55,699 nt of DNA from Aplysia californica (lineage: Eukaryota), in assembly GCF_000002075.1 (NCBI RefSeq), contig NW_004798197.1, positions 143,610 to 199,308 on the forward strand, in the 5' to 3' direction. The position numbers were made by a program, and so were the translations under genes. Positions 1 through 13,600 of this stretch are shown piece after piece; the stretch's first letter is position 1; every line of letters starts with the position of its first letter. The notes beneath the pieces were generated by a model that did not search any database, had not been told where the DNA came from, and was given only the letters and a program-made list of their open reading frames with translations.

Positions 1-756
1 CCCCCCCCTCCCCCGTCTGCTTTTGTTTTCAAAATATTAATATCATAACCTACGTTGTGACCGGTTTGGGGGGGCGAGTTGTTGTTGCTGTTTGTAGGCT
101 AGGTTGTTTTTTTAAAATCCATGTGATGTCCCGTTATTGCCTGGACGCACAGTGTGTACTGTGTTGTACAGCGCTGAAGCTCGTGTGCAGTTCTAGAATT
201 AGGGCACGGAGACTTCCTATGGTAAAAGATCTTGGGGAAAGGGGCACGGACACGGAGCGGACAGAGCAAATGGTCGAAATAACCATACTTCGTGGGCAGT
301 CGCGCTGTGTTTGTTTCGGTTGGGAGGTGGGGGGGGGGGATTATTAACTGAAGGGAGGAAAATTGGTAGGAGTTCCCTCTGAAAAAGGAAAGATTAACGA
401 GTGGATACAAATAGAAAGATAGGCAGAACAAAAATCCTTCTTAAAACTGAGTAACAATCTGTGCAAAGGTACAAAATGTTCAAGGAAAAGTTTTCGTCCC
501 AATAATAAGCGACTCGTCTCCCCTTTCAGGACTTTTCTTTATTTGAATCGCAAAAATATATCTAGTATTTCAGTTTTTTATATATCCCTTACCGGAAGTC
601 GGGTGTGCAGTACATGGTCGTGATAATGTAAACATTGTGGCATGATTTCAGTCAGAGGCCGTTTTCCCATGCCGGAACAGTAAGGTTTATGAGGATCTGT
701 AGACGAAATTCGTGTGTTTGTTACTTTACTGTTAAACTTATTCCGCCAAGACTACT

Positions 757-810
757 ATGATGAAGGGTTTTGCCCCAGATTCAAATTTTGAGTCAGATTC
801 TGACGAAGAG
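757..810 (+). CDS. EBNA1BP2: EBP2 coding exon 1 (MMKGFAPDSNFESDSDEE)
   Basis: ATG at 757 with an upstream in-frame stop; acidic SDSDEE typical of the EBP2 N-terminus; donor GTAGGT at 811. Confidence 0.8.
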
Positions 811-2757
811 GTAGGTGAACTGACCCTAGATATCTAGATCTAGACTCTAGATCTAGATCTATTCTAGATCTAGATATAGATCTAGATCTAGATCTAGATC
901 TAGATCTTGCTTTTTGTGTTGCAATGAAATGTCAGCGAGGATCGAGTTAAGGAGATTGTAGAAAAAAAGGGCATGCTGATAGAACTCTCGCAGGAAATTA
1001 TTTCTGAGTGAAAATTGCTAGGTTATCATATCATGTCATTTGTTCTTGCCTACCAGAAGAAGACTATAACTTATAAGATGATGATGTTGGCTATTAATAC
1101 CAACTGCCAACGGCACGGCGATGCATAAAGCTGAGCTTAGGCTTAGGCCTCTACTCTCTTTTATGGCCACCTCGGAGTGAGAATAGTGCAGGCGAGTCTT
1201 GTGGCTATTCTCACCCGGTGCGCGTTCACCAAATTATTTTGCGTTCACCCTAAACCACAGAATTCTACACTGTGATAACAGAAAAATTGTAGAATTCTGT
1301 GCCGTGAACAAACGATCCATTACAACTGTAGCCTACTAAAACTAAAAGCATACAATTTTGTCTGTGGGCAGTGGAGAAAGAGAGAGAGGAGTAGCGCGAG
1401 AATTTCCGGGCAAAACAAAATGGCGACCCGCGTAGTTCGGCTCGATTCGAAAAGTTAAATAGCCGTAGCATCTTTGTAGACAACCAAATTAATTTACTTT
1501 TGTGTTTTAACATCATTTTTTAAACTTTGTTTTGGTCAATTTGATTGTCCACACCGATAGACAGTATTCAGAAAGAGACTAGAGAGAGAGAGAAGAGGGG
1601 AGGAGTTGATCTTGCGAGAACTTCCGGGCGGGTGAGAATAGCCACTTTCCTCTTTTATCTCAGAAAAATGCATGCTGGTTTTAGTCTGATGTATGATTAT
1701 AGAATAGATTATAATCTCAGTGTCTTTTCTGTTTCAGATACAAGAGGCATTAGCAGCTGGTAAAATCCAGCCTGGCCTGATAGTGGAAGCTCAGAAAAAA
1801 AATTTCATCGACAATAAGGTGAGCATTGTGTGCTGTTGATGTCAGCAAGTAGCTGAAGTGGTTGGGAAATTTTGTTGTTGTTGGTGTTTTTATGCCGTCA
1901 TCGATGAAATTTTAATCATCGCAGTGGCTATTTTTACGCTGAGCCGTAAAGATAGCCTCCCGGGCTATTTTTACTGCGAGCCGTAAAGATAGCCTCCAGG
2001 GCTATTTTTATGGCGGTCACAAACTGATGACGTAGAACACGTTTTTCATAGGGTTGGGTCGTGCTCGCACAATTAGCGTCCGCGAGTAACGAACTACTCG
2101 CTGGCACTGCTTGCAAAGGAGTGGACAGGTAACGAACCGTCCACTTGTGAAGAGCAGTTCGCTACACATCGGACAGAGACAACAGTTCGTTTAGCGAGCG
2201 AGCGGACGGGCGGACCGAGAGACTCCATGCAATCGAGCGGGTGGACGGACAGACGGGAGCGACTCCTTCCATTGCATACAACTTACAACCCCCCGCCCCA
2301 CCCCCCGAAAAAAAATTAATAAAAAAATCACCCTCCTGCCTCACACTGTAGCTAGGCGTTCTTGACGGAAATTCTCTCTCCCCCCCCGGCCTTTGAGATA
2401 ATTGGAACGTACACAGTGTGCCCCCACGCACGAGGTGAAAGGTTACACACATAGTACTACGTCACCAGCCTCTCTCACTTCCTGTGGCACCGCTAGTGGT
2501 TTGAAACATCAGGCCTTATTAACAAACAATAGACAACGGGTCTAATCTCACGTCGAGTATCTCGTCTGCTAGAGTTCGTCCGTTCGCCCGCCCGCCCAGT
2601 GAATAAAATTGTGGAGCGGACCCAAAAAACGAACTGACTTGAGGCTTGAGGTCCGCANNNNNNNNNNNNNNNNNNNNNNNNNNNNNNNNNNNNNNNNNNN
2701 NNNNNNNNNNNNNNNNNNNNNNNNNNNNNNNNNNNNNNNNNNNNNNNNNNNNNNNNN

Positions 2758-2813
<56 letters not shown>

Positions 2814-5800
2814 CAGAGATCTAGGAAGTTCTTGTTTTAGATAAAGATTGAAAGAGTGAGAGGGAGAAAGANNNNNNNNNNNNNNNNNNNNNNNNNNNNN
2901 NNNNNNNNNNNNNNNNNNNNNNNNNNNNNNNNNNNNNNNNNNNNNNNNNNNNNNNNNNNNNNNNNNNNNNNNNNNNNNNNNNNNNNNNNNNNNNNNNNNN
3001 NNNNNNNNNNNNNNNNNNNNNNNNNNNNNTTTATGCATATATTCGATGTTATACAGCTTTGTTTTTGTTTTTATTTGAAGGTAAAGCACATGTCTCAAGG
3101 TAGATCATGGTAGAATGGAGAACAGACATGGAACTCTGGACAAAGAGAAAAAGTATCATCAGTATTTTTTTTAGAAAGGATTAAGGATTCAATAGAGTAC
3201 GAAATCCCGAATTTGTACAAAATTGTAGGTTTTTTTTGGTTTGATTTAGTTCGTGTTTTACGGCGCTCCCAACTGCATAAGGTCTTATGAACGCGCGGGA
3301 GTAATTAAATAGTTTCAGCTTGGTAGCAATTAATTTTGAATTTTGCCCGAGTGACGACCGAAGCCTACTCTTTTGTAGATTTTGGACCACAGAGGAATCT
3401 TTAATGTGTGCAACTTGCACACGGGACCTCCGAACTGTTTTTGGCTAAGTGTTATATCTTACTTACGGTACCTTAAGAAAAGGGGTGTGGCTGAAAGACA
3501 GCAGTATGTAGTATGTAAGGACCAAGGATCAAGGAGGAGGAGGAGGAGGAGGAGGAGGAGGAGGGAACAAAAAAAGGGGGGGATGAGAGATGTAGGCAGA
3601 AGCTGGAGTCGAAAGCTGACAACAGAGCATGGCAGGAGAGCTGGAAAGGAGGTGAACGGAGAAAATTTCAGAGAGGAAAATTTTCCGTCCCGTCGGGTTT
3701 CGTACCCGGATCCTATTGAATGAGAGGCAAACACCATGACCTCTAGACCATAAGAGCCACTCCAAATTGTATTCTGTACACATGTATAGATCTACATCAT
3801 TTATGGAGTGGTTCACGTTACACGCACCATCTCTCTGTGGCCAACTTCTGCCCCACCTCACCCATCACGGGACTAGCCAATCACAACGCCGCATCGCTGA
3901 CTGCCTGTTTGGAGCCCACCTACAGCCCCGTCCCCCACCCCCCAGCTAGAGCTCGTTCGATCTCTCCCGCTGTATCCGAGTTTGGGACTGTCCTTGCCCC
4001 GCTTTATCCAAGCATAATTGAGTTTTCCTAGAGAAAAGGGGGATTCCGGTAAGGTCCCGCTGTAATAACGGGCGCCGCTGTAGTCATTATTCTATTGTAC
4101 CAAATGTGAAGCTATCTCATTTTCAGACCTTGATTCAATGATCGGATAATTTACTGTAATATTTTGCGTTTTTCCAAAAAAAACCCCAAAAAACAACAAA
4201 ATACCCCCCCCCCCAAANNNNNNNNNNNNNNNNNNNNNNNNNNNNNNNNNNNNNNNNNNNNNNNNNNNNNNNNNNNNNNNNNNNNNNNNNNNNNNNNNNN
4301 NNNNNNNNNNNNNNNNNTCTCACTCCTTGTGGCACCGCTAGGCTAGTGGCTTGAAACATTAGGCCTAATTAACAAACAAAGACCGTGGGCCTAACCTCGC
4401 GTCGAGTATCTCGTCTGCTAGAGTTCGTCCGTTTGCCCGCCCGCCCAGTGAATAAAATTGTGGAGCAGACCCAAAAAACGACCTGGCTTGAGATCTGCAG
4501 TCCGCTCGCTGAGAGTCAAATTATGGAGCGGACCCCAAAAAACGAACTGTCTTGAGGTTCGCAGTTCGCTCTCATGGCCGTCCGTTACCCGCTCGCTCTG
4601 ACTAAACTAATGTAACGTACTTTGAGCTGGTTAAAACCGAAAGTAAGACACTATAATTAAATGTCCTCTATTATTAGTATTTTCATAATTATAGTCTTTA
4701 TTCTGGACCTTGTTGTTGTGGGATTCTTTCAAATAATAAAATAGATCACATTTTTTAAGTTTTTGTGTTTTGTTTTCTAATGTGCTCATATTATTACTGT
4801 CCATTTTTACGGGGAACAGCTCACCCCAAGGGTGATTCTTTTTCCGATTCATATTTAGGAAAAAAAATTATACAGGCAAGAAATAATGGAGAAAGTAAAT
4901 TTTGATAAGTCCGAAAATATGAAAGTTGCCATGGAATGGAAACAGCACCAACATGCAAAACAAACAATAATTTTAAAAAACCGAAGGCTTCTTACTCTCT
5001 AACAAAATTGCATGAAAATTGGTGGATACTATGGTCAATCGTACTGAGCAAAATTTTGATATTTGAATGTAAAAAAACATATATATGTGTGTTCCTGTAC
5101 CCTGAAATTGCATCACAATAATTAATAGATTAATCATTGTGAACCAAAAAAATATATATTTTACACCTCTATCAAAAATCTGCTCAGTGCAAAGGAAGGA
5201 GGAACATTTTAAAGGCATTCCCAAGGCGAAAAGCGTTAACTCCAAAATGGCCGCCCTTCTTGTGAGTGTGGTACATGTAGTGATGTTGGTGAATGAGATG
5301 ATGATGCTGGCAGTGATGGTGGTAATGATAATGACGAGGTGATGGTGGTGATGATGATAAAGAGAGGGTGAATGATGATGGTGGGGAGAAGAAGGAAGAG
5401 GTGATGGTGGAGGAAGGGAGAAGGAAGATGAAGAAGAGAATAGAATGATGGTGAAGAGGAGGAAATTGAAAACCTATGGGGCTGTTCAAATATAATCTTA
5501 CCCTTTTCGGGACTTTTTTAAAACACAAAACCCNNNNNNNNNNNNNNNNNNNNNNNNNNNNNNNNNNNNNNNNNNNNNNNNNNNNNNNNNNNNNNNNNNN
5601 NNNNNNNNNNNNNNNNNNNNNNNNNNNNNNNNNNNNNNNNNNNNNNNNNNNNNNNNNNNNNNNNNNNNNNNNNNNNNNNNNNNNNNNNNNNNNNNNNNNN
5701 NNNNNNNNNNNNNNNNNNNNNNNNNNNNNNNNNNNNNNNNNNNNNNNNNNNNNNNNNNNNNNNNNNNNNNNNNNNNNNNNNNNNNNNNNNNNNNNNNNNN

Positions 5801-8800
5801 NNNNNNNNNNNNNNNNNNNNNNNNNNNNNNNNNNNNNNNNNNNNNNNNNNNNNNNNNNNNNNNNNNNNNNNNNNNNNNNNNNNNNNNNNNNNNNNNNNNN
5901 NNNNNNNNNNNNNNNNNNNNNNNNNNNNNNNNNNNNNNNNNNNNNNNNNNNNNNNNNNNNNNNNNNNNNNNNNNNNNNNNNNNNNNNNNNNNNNNNNNNN
6001 NNNNNNNNNNNNNNNNNNNNNNNNNNNNNNNNNNNNNNNNNNNNNNNNNNNNNNNNNNNNNNNNNNNNNNNNNNNNNNNNNNNNNNNTCAAAACGTTCAT
6101 CTCACAGAAGTGTCATATTTGGTTAACCTCCCCACCCAATCTTACACTTTTCTTACAGAAACCACCAAAGACACCCTTTCCCCTCTGAGGTATAAGTTTA
6201 TATTTTGAACGGCCCCTATAGGCCTAGATCTAATACATTGAGGCATGTCGTGTACATGAGAGGCGGACGTATGGTCGCTTTTCGAGGATCGCCGTAAAAA
6301 TAGCCTGGGAATCACCGGGAGGCTATCTTTACGGCTCGCCGTAAAAATAGCCACTGCGTTTAATCATTTAGGAGGTGAGTTTGACCCTGTCTGTCAAGGC
6401 CAGCTTGGGCTGAGAGGAAAACAACATCCTGGCAGAAAGACCAAAAGCCTTCATTGCCTTTTTCACCATACACCAGGTATAGACCACGGACAAACACTTT
6501 CTCACTCTGGACCAGGGTATAGGCCACGAACAAACACTTTCTCACCCTGCACCAGGGTATAGACCAAGGACAAACACTTCCATTACTTTGGCTAGCTTCT
6601 TCACATTATTCCGTGGAGAAATACCGGGATGCTCAATAAAAAAATTTCCTCACAGAGGTATTGAACTCAGGTCTTTTGTGTGTAACAGCAAAGCACCTAA
6701 CCGCCATGTCATAGAAGCCAGTTGGATAATTGTTTGTGTGTGAATGTTTGTCATACAGTCTGGCTCCTCACATTCTTGCTGACAGAATACCCACATTGCT
6801 GCTCACAGAATACTCGCACTGTTGCAGCGTGTAACACATGCCGATACAGCACCTGTGGGAACATGTGTGATGTGTGTAACACATGCTGATACAGTGTGTG
6901 TGGGAACATGTGTAGTGTGTGAAAATCTGGGTTTGCTGCAGGCATAAACTTGTCTGTTCAAGAGCGTAGTTCGCCCAGTGTGTTGACTTCACCTCTCTAC
7001 ATTGTGTGTTGCCAGCTGTACTCGCCTCATGTCAGTCTTCGCTTCCTGATTCTGACTAATCTGAGCTGGGGTCTTTATCAACTACTTATATATTATATAT
7101 GGCTGCTTTTGACTTGTCAGGGTTTGATGTTTTCTGTGCAAAGCCTCTTCACTCTGATCCCAGAGAAAAGGGCAATGTTCGTCTTTGCCTTTGAGCTGTA
7201 GAACGTGTCATTGATGTTGGAGCTGTAGAACATGTCACTGATTCCTTGAGTTGTAGAATGTCACTGACATCTTTGAACTGTAGAACATCATTGACATCTT
7301 TCTGTCCCCGTAATTTCATGAAAGAAAAATTTTGAAATTATGCAAATTGAGCCCAAAAATGTGAAATTATGCGATTCTGTTTATTTTAACTAAGAATGAT
7401 AACGGAAAGTAATCAGAAATTATGCAAAAAATGACCAAATTTTGCTAAATTATGCAGGGTACATAAAACCACGGGAACAGATCTTTGAGATTTAAAATTT
7501 CACTGACATCTTTGAGCTGTAGAACATGTCACTGACAGCCCGAAGGAGACTCTTATTCTAACTATTGTCAGCATGTAGCAAACTATTGACCTAACCTACT
7601 TTTCCGGTAAGCACATGATTACCATATTGGTTTATATATCATGTTCTTGGTCATCCCGTTACTTTCAGATGTCTGTGTATTCTTGGAATTTTCCTTTTGT
7701 GTAAATGAAATAAATCTTCCATCCTCAGGAGGGCTTGAGTGACAAAATACGAGAATTTTCCCTTGACAAAATGAAATGGATAGAGAGATTGGAGTTGACA
7801 AACAACCCTGCACCATCCATCGATGCACTTACCAGTGAGGGAAATGAAGACGACGACTTCAACAGGGAGATGAGATTGTGAGTACTCATGACTTGTGTTG
7901 ATTCATACATTTCTTCAATAGGCTTTTTTCTTTTTCTTAAACCTTTCTTGGAATCAAGGAATCTGTAAGCTTTAGTTTGTTACTTAATCTTAATCTGCCA
8001 GGGTCCTGGAGACTGATATTTTTGCCCAAACTCTGATTTTTATGGGAAGATGATAAAGAAAACTATTTTTGGTTTTTGAGTGGTTAGCTGGTCTGCATTG
8101 AGTTCTCTTTATGAATGACAATATTTTTCAGTAGCTGTTATTTTGAGCATGTTTTTCTGTTTGTTCCTGCCAGCTATCGCCAGGCTCAAGCCTCAGTGCT
8201 TGAAGGCCTTGCCAGATTGGCCAAACTGTCGGTGCCGACCAAGAGACCCGAGGACTATTTCGCCGAGATGGCCAAGTCGGACGAGCACATGAAGAAAGTG
8301 AGTCTGTGATCCCCACGCTCGTGTCCACCCACATATCACATGCCTGCGGGTCACGCTCTTTGCTTAGTGGATAACTCTTGACTTTGCCTTAGATTGTCTT
8401 TCAAACATGCATGTAATCAAAGATTTCGAGATTTTCTATAACAAATTAGGTACAATTTGGGTTTCTTTTTTATCGACCTTCTTCTTGTTTCTTCCCAGAT
8501 GCTGATATTGTAATGTTTTTACCAGCTAACTCTGTACTGTTTAGTCACTGACGTGATTTTCTGTCTTACACTTACAATGAAGTTGTCTGTTTGGTCAGAT
8601 ATTCTCATGTGCTAAAGATTTCCGTTACAAAATGTTTCTCCAATGCCTGATAAGTGGGAGAGCTGTTGAAGCATTGCAGAACCATTCCAATGTTGTATGG
8701 TTTTACGAATAATGGATTTTCGTCTCATTTCTCTCAACCCAGAGTAAAATTAGACTATATTGTATTTAAATATTGTTGAGGTAAATACAGAAATACTTCA

Positions 8801-10542
8801 CACTTGAAGATGACGAGACAGAGTGATAAGTGGAGCCAACATTAGTTATCAATAAATATGCCTCTAAGAAGTATTCACCTCTATTCAATATTCATTAATG
8901 TCACACCATGAATAGCTCAAGAGCCCTTAACTTTCGACGAAGCAGAGCAGATAGCTTTGCAAGTAATTAACAGCAGAAGAGCGCAGTGAGATCCTCTCAC
9001 CTTATTCAAAATTCAAAGCTTTATGAATGATGGTGTGGTGTCATCATATCGCACGACGTGCGTGTCACGGTGCACTCAAACTCAAAGAATAGCAAAGTAA
9101 ATACTGAAGTTCAATGATTGTTGCTGATGGGCTTATATATAAGATTTGTGCGTGATATTTGAGCAGCACAAATAGTGATTTTATGCTTCAAAGGGTTGAT
9201 CTGTGTGGGTTAGTTTTCTAGATAAATTTTTGTGTGACTATAATATATGACATGTAAACATTTGTATGACTGTAATGTTTGACAGGTTCGCTCCAAGCTG
9301 CTTGAGAAGAAGATGTCCATGGAAAGGTCAGAGAAGGCGAAGAAGCTCAGAGAATTGAGGAAATATGGCAAGAAGGTGAGTGCTTCTTGTTTGTGTGATA
9401 TTCCCTCAAATGTCATGAGTGTTTGTATGTACAGTGGAACTCGGATTCAACGAGGTTGCCGGGCCTGACCTAAAATCTCGTTGAATCCGAGTGTTCGTTA
9501 TAGCAAACACGAGGTTTTGTGTAGATAATTACAAGCACTGAGCAAGTAATGTACAAAGAAATCACAAGAAGTGCCTGAAATGCCTGCATATTATGAGCTG
9601 TGTAAAAAAAAAAAAAAAGACCCGATTCGTTCAAATGCACACGCCTTTGTCATCTCGATTGTTCACCAAAAAGTTGTGTTGCTGTGTAGAGCCTAGCATA
9701 ACGGCAAATTTTGATATCATAGACCAGCGCACAATTCATTACGTAGATCTACGTCAGGACTAGATCTAGTTTATCATTGTAATAATGTTCAGTTGCCGAG
9801 GGGGAAAAAAGACTGACGCGTTTCTGTGACGTTCAACGCCCAGACCGCTAGTGCTCCCCCCCCCCTTTCCGACACATACACACAGTCACACGTGTGCAGG
9901 CCCCCCATCCGACCCAGACACCCGCCAGAGTAGACCCGTGGGCGAACCAACAACGCGTGTGTTGGTATGAAAAAAGGCCGCTGATTGGTGGCTTGCAATG
10001 GGCTAAGTGAATAATGGTTCACGATGCAGTTGCGATGGGTGGTTTCCAGGAATAGATAAAGTTCGTTCTGGGAGAAAAATGAGCGAAGCCACGTCTGCGT
10101 GGGTTGTTCACCCTGTAAGCGACCTCGTTGAATTCGAGCTCACTGATTTAAATGCTCGTTGAATCCGGATTATTTTTATTGATTTTAAGGTAGAAAAAAC
10201 AACGGAATCTATCTCAACTCGTTGAATCCGAGTTCTCGTTAAATCCGAGTTCCACTGTGCTGTATTTACTTGAATGTCATGAGTGTTTTTATGTGTCTTC
10301 CTTTCTTTCTATCAAACATCTATCATTCTTACTTCTCTACCCTCTTTTTTTTGTTTTGTAAATTGATTTAAATTGTGTCGATTTGTGGGTAAAAAACCAC
10401 CTGCATTAAAAGAGGAACAAAACTGTTTGTGTTTTTTATCAACACATTTTGTCCCTCTGTGAGTGGGAACATACGGTGACTTACAAATATTAGTCATATT
10501 CAAACCTTTCTTTGGGATTTTAGATCTCTCTCTCTCTCCCTC

Positions 10543-10604
<62 letters not shown>

Positions 10605-13600
10605 CAGTCTTTGCTCATGCAGGAGTTTCAATAAACAAAAAATTGTTTGGTGTAAAAAATGGATGAACCCCTGACATTCATTTCAAGCTAAGTATTCTTT
10701 GTGGTTTGTTTCTGTGTCTAATGTCTCCTTCCTCGACAGGTTCAACACGAGGTTCTCCTCAAGAGACAGAAGGAGAAGAGGGAGATGCTGGACTCTGTGA
10801 AGAAATTCCGAAAAGGTAACTAATTTCTCGGCTTTGCTCATACGCCTCAAGTGAAAACAAAGACAGGTGCTTTCTGTTTTTTTAGGGAATAAAAGTATGC
10901 ACTCTTAGGAACTGTAAAAAGAAAATGGCTATTTAGTTTATTGTGAGCCAAACGAAGGTCAGAAAAAAGCTGGTCCACTGTTGGTTCAGAAAACCGTTAA
11001 GGTGTAGGACACTCTTACTAGATGGTGTAACCTGATGCCTTTTCCTCGGACACCACCCGAGCACCTGAAGTAAGTCAGGAAATAGAAGACAGCTCAGGTC
11101 ACTGTTTTTTCTTTGAAGAACCAACGAAAGAAACTGAAATAGCTCGGTGCACATTCTACCGATGTTTCAAAACTCTTCCTGACTATGAATGTCGGATCCA
11201 CCTTAGATTTTGAAAGTATTAATTCGGTACCTGTCGTGTAAACGTGTCGCATAACTCCACCAAGTTATACCTGGTCTGGTGTTGGCTCAAAGTGAATGTG
11301 CTCTGTGGGTGGCTGGCAGGTGCTCTGGTGTGGTTTGCTTCTTCTTTCCTATTAAACATCTATCGTCTTTATCTCTCCTTCTTTTTTGTGTTTTTTACTC
11401 TCTTGTAACACCTCCAATCTTAGGCACATATATATGACCTTATTGTGTTGCAAGTGCCGCAAAACGCTTACTAAAACAATCAAATTATGTGCTCTGTCAG
11501 CTCAGTTGGTATCATGCTGGACTATGGAGCGGATGGCCCTGGTTCAAGTCCCTGACTGGGCGTTCTTGAACTTGGGGGTCGTTTTGTGGAGTTTTTCAAG
11601 GCTCTTAGCCTATTTGGTTCTGTCCTATCGGAGACAGACATTCATTAGAATTTGGAGGTCCCGCCTCTTAACCCTATCCGTACGCCCTTAGGTCATTTTG
11701 TACCCTCGGGGTTGTATTCTTCACATTTTAGAATACTTCTAGTACGAAGATCTCTTTGAAACTTTCAGTATTTCTTAAAAAATCATTTTGACAGACTGCT
11801 ATGCAAAGCGTACGGATCGGAAAACGAGTAAATTTCCTCTTTTAAAAGTGGTGGCTCAGAGTTCCCAACGTCGTATGGATACGATAGAAAAACACGACGT
11901 ACGGATAGGGTTAAATGACTTGAGCGTTAAACCCATATGCTTACATTACCCTCTACCCATACACTTTACTTTCAACCCATACACTTACTTTACCTTCAAC
12001 CCATACACTTTACTTTCAACCCATACACTTATTTTATTTAAAACGCATACATTTACTTTATTATCAACCTATACACTTACTTTATCCTCAACCCTTACAC
12101 TTACACATTTATTACACTTACACTCTTACCCATACACTTAAACACTCACATATACTGACACACGTACTCTCACAGGTCAGATTGACAAGATCGAGCTGCT
12201 GGGAGAGACTGTGGAGAGAGAGACACCAGCACAGCAGACGCAGAACGGCAAGAAAAACATGAGGTAGGTGTGCTAATAACTGATGTCAACAATGGTTTAG
12301 AAAAGGATGTAAAACACAGTCATTCCCTCCTCCTAAATAATGTCCCTAATTGTGTGGACAAGGATGTAAATGTTCCCTGTTGCTACATCAGTAGAAGTAG
12401 ACAGTCACTCTGTGTCAAACATGGACAGTTGCTACATTAGTAAAAGTAGAGTGTCCCTTAGTCCTTCTGTACTTTATGGAAGGGTTCAAAGGTCAAAGGT
12501 TTATTTATCCTGTGACCTACAGGGGAAAGAACATACTGCTACTCTAAATTGTTTGTTTGGTTTGTTTTTTTAGTTTTTTGTTTTAGTAAGGTTTTACGCC
12601 ACTCTAAATTGTGTTGATGGAGGTGTAAAACAACTGCAGTTGCACGATCCTAAGATTTCCTTCCCCTCATTGTCACAGGCCCAACAAGAAGCGAGAGTTC
12701 AAAAACAAAAAGTTTGGTTTTGGCGGTCAGAAGAAAAGGTCCAAGTACAACACAGCAGAGAGCTCAGCGGATGTGAGCGATTTCAACGCACGCAAAGCTC
12801 ATGGCAAGGGACCCGCTAGAAAGGTGAGTCTCAATTACAAGAAACGCACACACTGTCAAATATACCGACATGAACACACATGGTGTATATGTACGGGGGG
12901 GGGGGGGGTGTATGTTTGTTTCGTCTGTGTTGTGTGCACAGTGGGCCGCGGCTGCAACAGGACCACCGGTACCGAAGCGATGTCCTTGTTACAAAGAGGG
13001 ATCACGTTCACAGACACGGTAAATAATGATGAACCAGTGGGATCACTTTTATTACACTAACATAGTACTTACTACAGGTTGTTCAGGTATTTCCCCTTTC
13101 TTTTCCTGTGATATTATTTTTCTCCTCATATTTTCCTACCATAATTCAGAGTCTTTTATTCTTAATACTTTGCCACTTCATTTTGGGGAAAATCCAAAGA
13201 AACTAGGTGGCAAAGCGTTAATCTCATGGAGGTTGACTAGACATAGTTAGAAAGGACAGGTAACAATAGTTACTGCATTTATCATGTAGTGTGAGAATCC
13301 ATGCCCCACAGGGTCTGCTGCGTGCGCTGTGTGCTTTACGACTTTTTGTAGTGGAAGTTACCACAGGTGGGAAAAGGGAAACTCATAGTCATAGGTATGG
13401 GTGGTAGATCAGGCACCCAGTGGCGACTTCTCATTTCAAGTGTTTCTTCTTGTTATAAGCCTGGCCACCTAGCGGGGAGACAATGTGACGATGTGTCAGA
13501 TTAAGGTCTCGCGATGTCGCTGACTGGACATGCATCAACACCAAAGTGCTTCCAGCTTTCCTCCTCCATCCCCCGCACACACATACACGCGCACGCGCAG

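Noticed and set aside
1078-1136. Possible C/D box snoRNA in EBP2 intron 1 (TGATGA..CTGA)
   Set aside because: Too short, C box lies in a GAT microsatellite, no recognisable guide
8735-9199. Possible decayed piggyBac-like MITE (TCAACCC..GGGTTGA)
   Set aside because: TIR match only about 7 bp and TTAA flanks degenerate; not enough to call
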